In this document: in pieces, positions 37,772-44,849 of the stretch | Layout: each line of letters begins with the position of its first letter | How positions within the stretch are numbered: the first letter of the stretch is position 1 | Source: an uncultured bacterium | Lineage (GTDB): Bacteria > Patescibacteriota > Minisyncoccia > Phycocordibacterales > PALSA-1337 | Reading direction: 5' to 3' | DNA length: 47,260 nt | NCBI GenBank assembly: GCA_903864905.1 | Contig: CAIPHR010000052.1 | Coordinates: 1 to 47,260 of the forward strand | Position numbers and translations under genes: made by a program | Notes under the pieces: generated by a model | What the model saw: the letters and a program-made list of their open reading frames with translations, nothing else | Told to the model about the DNA's origin: nothing | Database searches by the model: none

Positions 37772-39451
37772 TCAATCCTCAAGAGAAATTACTCTTTGTA
37801 ATTCGGATAAAGATGTCATACCTTTCAATATTTTGATAATACCATCTTGTTTCATTGTTAGTATTCCTTGATCTTTCGCTGCGCTCCATATTTCACGTTC
37901 ACTAGGGTTGCTTTCAACAGCATCCTCGACTTTTTGATTGGTTAAGATCGCTTCATACACACCTATTCTGCCTTTGTAACCTGTCATATTGCATTTCTCA
38001 CAACCAGCAGCAACCCACATTTTTGACCTATCTACAGGGATCAATGATTTGTCTTCTATACTAGCTATAACTGTTTCTATCTCTTTCTGGGATTCTCCTT
38101 CAACAGGACTTTCTTTTTTACAAACATTACACAATCTTCTGGTTAGTCTTTGTGCCATAGCTACACGAAGTGCGGAAGTTATAACTTTTGAGTTTACACC
38201 GAGATCGATAAGACGGGGGAATGTACCTGCTGCATCATTGGTATGGAGTGTGGAAAAAACTAGGTGACCAGTCAAAGCAGAATTGATAGCTATATCAGCT
38301 GTCTCATTGTCTCGGATTTCACCGACCATGATGATGTCAGGGTCTTGTCTAACTGCAGCTCTCAATCCTTCAAGGAAGTTATAGCCTTTGTCATTGACTT
38401 GTGTCTGAACTATACCTGGTAGGTGGTATTCTATAGGGTCTTCTATGGTAATTATCTTTACTTGTGTATTGTGTATCTTTTTCAAGAAGGCATATAGTGT
38501 GGTTGTTTTACCTGAACCAGTTGGACCTGTAGTTAGGATCATTCCATCTGGTCTGTCCATCTCTTTTATAAGTATGGCTAGTAGTTTTTCGTGAATACCG
38601 AGTTCTTCTAGTGATACATTGATGGATTTTGGATTCAAAATACGCATAACTACAGACTCATTATAGGCTCCTGGTAATATAGATACACGAACTTCTATAT
38701 CACCAATAGATAGTCGTATACTGAATCTTCCGTCTTGGGAATCTTTCTTTATATTGAGTTTCATTCCAGAGATCAATTTTATACGTGATAGAAGTAGATT
38801 GTATGTTTCATTATCAAATCGTGTTACTTCTTGGAGTACACCATCGAGACGGTATCTGAGCTGTACGTACTTTTCTTCTGGCTCTAGGTGTATATCTGAA
38901 GCATCTATAGCCAATGATCCAGCAACGATCGTTTCCAATATTCTAGATACTCTGTAACTCTTATTTCCTGACATAGTTGTTTCTAGGATTTTGATCACCA
39001 AAGGTAAACTTTTTGCTTGTTCTATAATAGAAGATATCTCTTCGCTAGATATTTCTAGTGATCCAACTTTACTCTCATAAGCGAAAGACATGTCTTTGTA
39101 TGTTTTCCATGCTTTCTCTAGACTTAATGTAGAACAAATATAGAGTTCTGGAATATAGCCTTTTGTTTTCAATGTTTCCAATACCGCAAGTACTTTCTCA
39201 TCTTGTGGGTTTCTAGTTGCGACTTTGATCTTCTTGTCTATAAGAGCGTAACCAGCTATTTGTGTGTCTCTAGCTATCTTTTCGTCTACAAGTCTCAATG
39301 CGTCTGAGCTTACTGGGGTTGCTTGCAGGTTCACGTATTCAACAGAATATTTTCCTGCCAGCATTTGTACCAGCTCCTCCTCTTCTTTGTGTAGAAGTTC
39401 GATTATCTTTCTATTTTGTTTGTCTTCATCAAATACTAGTGTCATAGACAT
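37772..39451 (-). CDS. pilB: PilB/GspE-family secretion/pilus assembly ATPase
   Basis: 559-aa ORF with an N-terminal GspE_N-like domain, Walker A GPTGSGKTT, Walker B IIMVGEIRD, His box TGHLVFSTLHTN, and tetra-Cys CNVC...CEKC. The start may be ATG 39445 (third codon), judged from the TATACT box. Confidence 0.9.
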   Translation of the reverse strand: MSMTLVFDEDKQNRKIIELLHKEEEELVQMLAGKYSVEYVNLQATPVSSDALRLVDEKIARDTQIAGYALIDKKIKVATRNPQDEKVLAVLETLKTKGYIPELYICSTLSLEKAWKTYKDMSFAYESKVGSLEISSEEISSIIEQAKSLPLVIKILETTMSGNKSYRVSRILETIVAGSLAIDASDIHLEPEEKYVQLRYRLDGVLQEVTRFDNETYNLLLSRIKLISGMKLNIKKDSQDGRFSIRLSIGDIEVRVSILPGAYNESVVMRILNPKSINVSLEELGIHEKLLAILIKEMDRPDGMILTTGPTGSGKTTTLYAFLKKIHNTQVKIITIEDPIEYHLPGIVQTQVNDKGYNFLEGLRAAVRQDPDIIMVGEIRDNETADIAINSALTGHLVFSTLHTNDAAGTFPRLIDLGVNSKVITSALRVAMAQRLTRRLCNVCKKESPVEGESQKEIETVIASIEDKSLIPVDRSKMWVAAGCEKCNMTGYKGRIGVYEAILTNQKVEDAVESNPSEREIWSAAKDQGILTMKQDGIIKILKGMTSLSELQRVISLED

Positions 39452-39484
39452 AGTATATCAGTAAGTGAAATACTTTTCACTTAC

Positions 39485-39607
39485 AATACCTTGAAATATC
39501 CTGCAACAATTTTGGGACACAGATATTTCCTTGCTAGGAAATTCCTAGTGCTCGCGTCAGACACGCTCGCAAGTCCACAAAATTGTTGCAGGATATTTCA
39601 AGGTATT
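39485..39607. repeat. 123-bp element with 29-bp perfect inverted arms around a GC-rich 65-nt core
   Basis: AATACCTTGAAATATCCTGCAACAATTTT (39485-39513) is the exact reverse complement of 39579-39607. The core contains mutually exclusive hairpins ATTTCC/GGAAAT and CTAGG/CCTAG. Confidence 0.9.
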
Positions 39608-39687
39608 ATAATTATAGAAAGCTCTCAGTCATAATTTAGTGATCTGTGGAAATGAAAAGTACGTTGCTTTCTGATATAGTGATCTAA

Positions 39688-40194
39688 ATGAAAAATTACT
39701 CATCCAGTTCACTCGAACAAACTAGAGAGATTGCCAAACAGTGGTTATCTACACTTGTAGCTACAAATGAAGTCACTAGTGAGTCAGACATAACCGAATC
39801 GAAAGGTGCCACTATTGTTGGTCTTTCTGGCCACCTAGGAGCAGGGAAGACTGCTTTTGTGAAGATGGTTGCAAGGTGGCTTGGTATCAAGGATGAGATA
39901 ACTAGTCCTACTTATGTGATCATGAAGATCTATGATCTAGATTCAAATATTTATAATCAAATATTGCAAGCTATTCCAAATCCATGGAAGAGGCTTATTC
40001 ATATAGATGCATACCGGTTGGAAAGATATGAGGAATTAGAAGTCTTAAACTGGGAACAGCTCGTTAGAGATCCAGGTAATCTAATAATGGTTGAATGGCC
40101 AGAAAATGCCGAGATTGATAAAAACAAAAACCCCAACATGATTCAGTTGGAGTTTAAGATTGTTGGAGATAAGTATTGTTTGGCTGAGTGTTAG
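39688..40194 (+). CDS. tsaE: tRNA t6A biosynthesis ATPase TsaE
   Basis: 168-aa ORF with P-loop GLSGHLGAGKTAFVK, SPTY, HIDAYRL, VEWPE. TGaTATAGT at 39672-39680, 7 nt before the ATG. Confidence 0.8.
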   Translation: MKNYSSSSLEQTREIAKQWLSTLVATNEVTSESDITESKGATIVGLSGHLGAGKTAFVKMVARWLGIKDEITSPTYVIMKIYDLDSNIYNQILQAIPNPWKRLIHIDAYRLERYEELEVLNWEQLVRDPGNLIMVEWPENAEIDKNKNPNMIQLEFKIVGDKYCLAEC

Positions 40195-40201
40195 TTGTTA
40201 A

Positions 40202-40810
40202 TTATTCAACAACGGCCGTAAGAACATCACATACAGCTGTTACATTACCTGGCGTCGATGGAAGAAATGCTATACCAGTCATTACTTGTCCTTCTGGGCA
40301 GGTATATTTCTTTGGTGCGACTTTGTGTGTTGCTTCTGCAGTTACAGTTACTGTTGGTGTTGCTGATGGCGGCGTAGATCCACCAGAACTACTAGGTGTT
40401 CCCCATGATATGTTTCCACTTGCATCAGCCATCTGTAGGTATTTTCCAACATTACTACTAGCACCACTTGTTATTTTTACTGGACCACTCAATATTGTAG
40501 CACCAGAAACTGTGAGACTTCCAGGAGTACCAGTAACATTGATACTAGCTGTTGAAAGGGCATTGATAACCGCGCTGCCAAAAACATCAAATATTGTTGT
40601 TCCACCAGGCATTGTTCCATTACCTATACCTAGAGCACCAACCTTCTTTTGACTTGTTGCACCAACGTTTATAGGAGCATCAACATTGTTACCTGGTGCT
40701 GAACCGGCTGGTGCAGTCCAAGTAGAAGTTGCAAATACAGATAGAGCAAAACCTCCTAGAGCTAGTCCAGTTATTGCTGCAATGCGACTTATTACTGATG
40801 TTTTATTCAT
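40202..40810 (-). CDS. Hypothetical secreted/anchored Gly-Thr-Ser-rich protein with C-terminal two-Cys domain
   Basis: 202-aa ORF. N-terminal anchor IAAITGLALGGFALSVFA, then TSTWTAPAGSAPGNNVDAPINVG...QKKVGALGIG. C-terminal KKYTCPEGQV...VTAVCDV. The plus-strand ORF 40188-40652 is judged a shadow. Confidence 0.6.
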   Translation of the reverse strand: MNKTSVISRIAAITGLALGGFALSVFATSTWTAPAGSAPGNNVDAPINVGATSQKKVGALGIGNGTMPGGTTIFDVFGSAVINALSTASINVTGTPGSLTVSGATILSGPVKITSGASSNVGKYLQMADASGNISWGTPSSSGGSTPPSATPTVTVTAEATHKVAPKKYTCPEGQVMTGIAFLPSTPGNVTAVCDVLTAVVE

Positions 40811-40837
40811 ATTATTAATTTAATTGTTAATATTTTA

Positions 40838-41203
40838 TTAAATTTCTGAAGCACGTGGTACGATAAGCTGTTTCTTGATAGCGGTTTCTTCTCCAGAACT
40901 TGCTGTTTGAGTTCTTTGGTTTGTAAGTTGGCTATTGATAGCATTGAGTTCAGAACCAGTAGGCTGTTCCATGACCTGATTTAGTTGTTTCTGTATTGCA
41001 GCCTTACTCTGTGCCTCGAGTTCTGCATCTGTAGGACCTCCAAGTCTAACTGTTGTAGGTACGAATGAATTCCATGAAATAGCAGCTAGAATCATAATAA
41101 TAATCGCTATTATAACAAATAGCACGGCTAGATGACCTTGTTTATGCTTTGGTAATAGTTGACCAGGCATAATCTGTTTTGAATAAAAATTATCTTCTTC
41201 CAT
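40838..41203 (-). CDS. Hypothetical single-pass membrane protein
   Basis: 121-aa ORF with TM LAVLFVIIAIIIMILAAI. TGtTATAAT on the minus strand at 41222-41214, 10 nt before the ATG. Confidence 0.5.
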   Translation of the reverse strand: MEEDNFYSKQIMPGQLLPKHKQGHLAVLFVIIAIIIMILAAISWNSFVPTTVRLGGPTDAELEAQSKAAIQKQLNQVMEQPTGSELNAINSQLTNQRTQTASSGEETAIKKQLIVPRASEI

Positions 41204-41250
41204 AGCTCAGTCAATTATAACACCAGAACAAGTGAAACATTTAAAATGTC

Positions 41251-41259
41251 TGTGGATAA
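41251..41259 (-). promoter_or_regulatory. Perfect DnaA box (TGTGGATAA on plus strand; decamer CTGTGGATAA) in the divergent promoter region upstream of polA
   Basis: Exact 9-mer, 21 nt before polA ATG 41280 and just upstream of its TGtTACAAT box (41262-41270). Confidence 0.6.
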
Positions 41260-41279
41260 CATGTTACAATATTGAATAT

Positions 41280-43865
41280 ATGATAAAAAAAATATATGAT
41301 AAAAAGAAACGTCTAGTATTGCTCGATTCCCATGCTATCCTGCATCGCGCTTACCACGCTCTACCGGATTTTTCTACAGCGAAAGGTGAGCCGACTGGTG
41401 CATTATATGGTCTTTCTGCAATGCTCATCAAGATTATAGAGGATTTGAGGCCTGATTATATCGTTGCTTGTTACGATATGGCTGCGCCGACGTATCGTCA
41501 TGAGGCTTATAAAGAGTATAAAGCTGGTAGGGCAAAGACTGAAGATGATCTCATTATGCAGATCAAGAGGTCATATGATGTGTATCATGCATTGAATATC
41601 CCAATTTATGAAAAGGAAGGTTTCGAGGCTGATGATATGTTGGGGACTATTGTAGAGCAATTGGTAAACCCTTTTGGTGGGAGTAGCTTCTCTTCTCAAA
41701 CCCAGCAAGGGGGAATCGAAGAGAACCTCTCCACACAAGCGGGTTTAATAAAGGTTGATTTGTCCGCCGTACATATTGAGATCATCATCGCCTCTGGAGA
41801 TATGGACACATTACAACTTGTAAAAGGTGAAGATGTGAAGGTGTATACACTGAAGAAGGGAATAAAAGACACCATCATTTATGATGAGAAAGCAGTTATG
41901 GATAGATTTGGTTTCGGGCCATTATTGATCCCTGATTACAAAGGTCTACGTGGTGATCCTTCTGATAACATTGTTGGTGTGAAGGGTATAGGAGAAAAAA
42001 CTGCGACAATACTCATCACTACATTTGGAACAATTGAAAATATTTATAAAGAACTAGAAGCTGGTAATGAAAAGAAATTCAAAGATGCTGGTATAACTCC
42101 TAGAATTATTCAATTATTAAAGGATAATAAAGAAGAGGCTGAGTTTAGTAAGATGTTAGCTACGATACGTAGAGATGCTCCAATCCAGTTTGAATTACCT
42201 GAAAAGACTTTCAAGGAAGGGTTAGATGTTAAAAAAGCCAATGCTTTATGGATGGAACTAGAGTTTAGGACTTTGACACAGAGATTGGAGAAGGTTATTT
42301 TAAATTCAGTTACCCGTCCTTTTGGGGGGAGTAGCTTCTCTTATGAAACCCCGCAAGGAGGAATCGAAGAGAACCTCTCCCCCCAAGTGGACGGAAAAGG
42401 TATTGATGAAGAGAAAAATACAAACGTAGAAATACCATCCAATCAAACTGCACTTTTCCAAGCAATTCCAAAGGATGAATTGGAAAGAACAGCAGTTGCT
42501 CTATGGCTTATCAATTCAGATATAACAAACCCAAAAATTGATGATATTTTGAATTATGCCAACGTTCAGGACTTTGAGTCTGCAAAGAAAAAGATTTTTG
42601 AAGATCTGGGCAAATTGGGCTTGCAGAATCTATATGAGAATGTCGAATTGCCATTGATACCTATTATGCACAAAATGAAAGAAAGAGGGGTAAGGATAGA
42701 TCGTGCGATTTTGCAGAACCTATCAAAAGAGTATCATGCAACACTATCATCTCTCGAAGAAAAAATTTGGAAGGATGCTGGTATGGAGTTCAATATCAAC
42801 TCTCCAAAACAATTGGGAGAAGTCCTTTTCGATAAGCTTGGTTTGGTGGCTAAAAACATGAAGAAAACTGCTGGTGGAGCGAGATCAACACGCGAATCAG
42901 AACTTGAAAAGTTGAAGGACCTACACCCAATAGTTCCAAATATATTCGAATATAGAGAATTACAAAAATTACTTTCAACATATATAGATGCTATACCACC
43001 ACTATTGGGAGATGATGGAAGATTGCATGCTGAGTTTATACCAGCTGGGACTACTACTGGTCGTATGGCTTCACAGAATCCAAACCTGCAAAATATTCCT
43101 GTAAAAAGTGAGCATGGAAAAGCAATTCGCGATGCTTTCATAGCCGAAAATGGTTTTGTATTAGGGGCTTTCGATTATTCACAAATGGAATTACGTATAG
43201 CAGCGTTTCTATCTAAAGATCAGAAGCTTATAGGTATATTCAATAGGGGAGAAGATATACACTCTTCTGTTGCTTCATTCGTTTTCAGAGTACCACAAGA
43301 CAAAGTAACACCAGATATGCGTCGCAAAGCAAAAGTTATAAATTTTGGCATTATGTATGGAATGGGAGTTTTGGCTTTGAAACAAAATTTGGGTAGTACT
43401 AGAGAGGAAGCACAGACATATCTAAATCAGTATTTTGAAACCTTCTCTGGTCTCGCAGCATATTTAGATAGGATCAAAATAGAAACTGCACAAAAAGGAT
43501 ATACTGAGACACATTTTGGAAGGAGAAGATATTTTCAGGGTATAAAATCCAAGATCCCATACATTCGTGCATCTGCAGAACGCATGGCTATCAATGCTCC
43601 TATACAAGGCACAGAAGCAGATATAATCAAGGTTGCTATATCTAGGATTGATGAGTATATTGAGAAACAAGGATTGAGAAATGACGTATTCCTGCTTCTT
43701 CAGGTTCATGATGAACTAGTATATGAAATGCGTAATAATATTGCAGGGCAGGTTTCTGTAGAAATAAAAAAGATCATGGAAGGGGTGATAGATCCTAAGG
43801 ATATTGAAGGAATAGTTTTGAAGGCTGAGTTTGCTATCGGTAAAAATTGGGGGGAACTTAAATGA
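41280..43865 (+). CDS. polA: DNA polymerase I (5' nuclease + polymerase domains) carrying two in-frame repeat insertions
   Basis: 5' nuclease motifs LLDSHAILHRAYHA, GFEADDMLGT, GDMDTLQLV, GVKGIGEKTA. Polymerase motifs RLHAEFIPAGTTTGRMASQNPNLQNIP, DYSQMELRI, QVHDELV. The track start is GTG 41232. ATG 41280 is preferred because it lies 9 nt after TGtTACAAT. Ends TGA TGA TAA. Confidence 0.9.
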   Translation: MIKKIYDKKKRLVLLDSHAILHRAYHALPDFSTAKGEPTGALYGLSAMLIKIIEDLRPDYIVACYDMAAPTYRHEAYKEYKAGRAKTEDDLIMQIKRSYDVYHALNIPIYEKEGFEADDMLGTIVEQLVNPFGGSSFSSQTQQGGIEENLSTQAGLIKVDLSAVHIEIIIASGDMDTLQLVKGEDVKVYTLKKGIKDTIIYDEKAVMDRFGFGPLLIPDYKGLRGDPSDNIVGVKGIGEKTATILITTFGTIENIYKELEAGNEKKFKDAGITPRIIQLLKDNKEEAEFSKMLATIRRDAPIQFELPEKTFKEGLDVKKANALWMELEFRTLTQRLEKVILNSVTRPFGGSSFSYETPQGGIEENLSPQVDGKGIDEEKNTNVEIPSNQTALFQAIPKDELERTAVALWLINSDITNPKIDDILNYANVQDFESAKKKIFEDLGKLGLQNLYENVELPLIPIMHKMKERGVRIDRAILQNLSKEYHATLSSLEEKIWKDAGMEFNINSPKQLGEVLFDKLGLVAKNMKKTAGGARSTRESELEKLKDLHPIVPNIFEYRELQKLLSTYIDAIPPLLGDDGRLHAEFIPAGTTTGRMASQNPNLQNIPVKSEHGKAIRDAFIAENGFVLGAFDYSQMELRIAAFLSKDQKLIGIFNRGEDIHSSVASFVFRVPQDKVTPDMRRKAKVINFGIMYGMGVLALKQNLGSTREEAQTYLNQYFETFSGLAAYLDRIKIETAQKGYTETHFGRRRYFQGIKSKIPYIRASAERMAINAPIQGTEADIIKVAISRIDEYIEKQGLRNDVFLLLQVHDELVYEMRNNIAGQVSVEIKKIMEGVIDPKDIEGIVLKAEFAIGKNWGELK
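41665..41747 (+). repeat. polA palindromic element, copy 1 (73-nt core 41670-41742 plus closing helix)
   Basis: Core is 65/73 identical (ungapped) to 42318-42390. Closing helix TAAACCC (41665-41671) / GGGTTTA (41741-41747). TTCTCTTC/GAAGAGAA 8-bp helix. Encodes PFGGSSFSSQTQQGGIEENLSTQ. Confidence 0.9.
42314..42394 (+). repeat. polA palindromic element, copy 2
   Basis: TTGGGGGGAG (42322-42331) pairs perfectly with CTCCCCCCAA (42377-42386). Closing helix CCGTCC (42314-42319) / GGACGG (42389-42394). Apical CC-GCAA-GG. Encodes PFGGSSFSYETPQGGIEENLSPQ. Confidence 0.9.
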
Positions 43866-43901
43866 TGATAAACAGGTTAGATAATATTAATTACAAAGAC
43901 A

Positions 43902-44576
43902 ATGCTGTATGTATTCCATGGTTCAGATATAAATAGATCTATAGAAAAAGCTCATAAACTTATTGATTCTTTGCTTGCAAAGAGGCCTGATGCATCATAT
44001 GTACAGATCAATTCTGATAGCTGGAGTATTCCTTTGGTAGAGAGTCATCTTGGTGGGCAGGGTTTGTTCTCAAATAAGTATATAGTTTTTTTGGATAGAG
44101 TAAGTGAAAGTGTTGAAGCAAAGGAACATATGGCGGATCTAGTTTCTCCAATGAATGAATCAGGTAATATATTTGTTTCATTGGAAGGTTTGTTGAATGT
44201 TGAAATAAAGAAAATTTTTGATAAGGGAGCGGAGAAGGTGGTAGTAACAGAGCTATTAATAAAGAAAGCAGCTAATGGAAATGGGGAATACAATATATTT
44301 GCTTTGTCTGATGCTCTGAGTAGTCGCAATAGGGCAGTTTCTTGGACTATATATAGACAAGCAGTTGATCGTGGTATGAGCTCGGAGAGTATACTCGGTA
44401 CATTATTTTGGAAAGTTAAGACTATGATACTTGCTAGTAATGAAAAGGGATCTGGTAAATATTCAAAGAATGAGCTTCAGAGTTTATTGACCAATATAAT
44501 CGTCTTGTATCATGATGGACATAGAGGGTTAGTTGATATGGAATTGGGTATAGAAAAGCTTTTGCTAGAGTTGTAG
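43902..44576 (+). CDS. holA: DNA polymerase III delta subunit-like protein (short HolA)
   Basis: 224-aa ORF. The N-terminal pattern MLYVFHGSD...GQGLFSNKYIVFLDRV resembles clamp-loader delta. Located next to polA. Confidence 0.5.
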   Translation: MLYVFHGSDINRSIEKAHKLIDSLLAKRPDASYVQINSDSWSIPLVESHLGGQGLFSNKYIVFLDRVSESVEAKEHMADLVSPMNESGNIFVSLEGLLNVEIKKIFDKGAEKVVVTELLIKKAANGNGEYNIFALSDALSSRNRAVSWTIYRQAVDRGMSSESILGTLFWKVKTMILASNEKGSGKYSKNELQSLLTNIIVLYHDGHRGLVDMELGIEKLLLEL

Positions 44577-44599
44577 TTTCGTGTTAAGGTTTCATTTAT

Positions 44600-44645
44600 G
44601 CGCCCATAGCTGTTGTGGTAGGCTCGACCAAGCCTATATGGGCAC
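44600..44645 (+). pseudogene. Truncated tRNA-Lys-like remnant (acceptor + D arm + degenerate T region, no anticodon arm)
   Basis: TATGCGCCCATAGCT at 44597-44611 is identical to 44670-44684 (start of tRNA-Lys), exactly 73 bp upstream. The remnant still pairs CCCATA/TATGGG and AGGCT/AGCCT. Confidence 0.5.
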
Positions 44646-44672
44646 ATAGTAAGTTTGAAAAGTTAATAATAT

Positions 44673-44745
44673 GCGCCCATAGCTCAGGTGGTAGAGCAAC
44701 TCCCTTTTAAGGAGTGGGTCGTTGGTTCGAATCCAACTGGGCGCA
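44673..44745 (+). tRNA. tRNA-Lys (anticodon UUU), no encoded 3' CCA
   Basis: 73-nt cloverleaf. Acceptor GCGCCCA/TGGGCGC; D arm GCTC-AGGTGGT-AGAGC; anticodon stem ACTCC/GGAGT with loop CTTTTAA; T arm GTTGG-TTCGAAT-CCAAC. Confidence 0.92.
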
Positions 44746-44849
44746 CTACTACGCTTTGGCTTCGCTCAAGCTACGAAGTGCAGGCACATTGGTGGAGAGT
44801 CTAGTTATTCGAACGTAGCTGGGATCATAATTTATCTGTATAATTAAAG

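Noticed and set aside
39485-39607. Calling the 29-bp inverted-repeat element a bona fide MITE
   Set aside because: There is no target-site duplication at the arm boundaries, no second copy in the window and no related transposase. It is kept as one hypothesis only.
39640-39648. TGTGGAAAT (preceded by C) upstream of tsaE as a sixth DnaA box
   Set aside because: It has two mismatches to the consensus and is not counted with the perfect boxes.
40188-40652. 154-aa plus-strand ORF, and similar antisense ORFs in the track (for example 632-1003, 1262-1687, 5643-6056, 6870-7448, 18112-18660, 20284-20862, 33260-33634, 36921-37283, 42734-43141)
   Set aside because: Each lies entirely inside a longer ORF on the opposite strand that has clear family motifs or a coherent membrane/secreted architecture. 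Their translations are low-complexity or Ser/Ile/Phe-rich shadow sequence.
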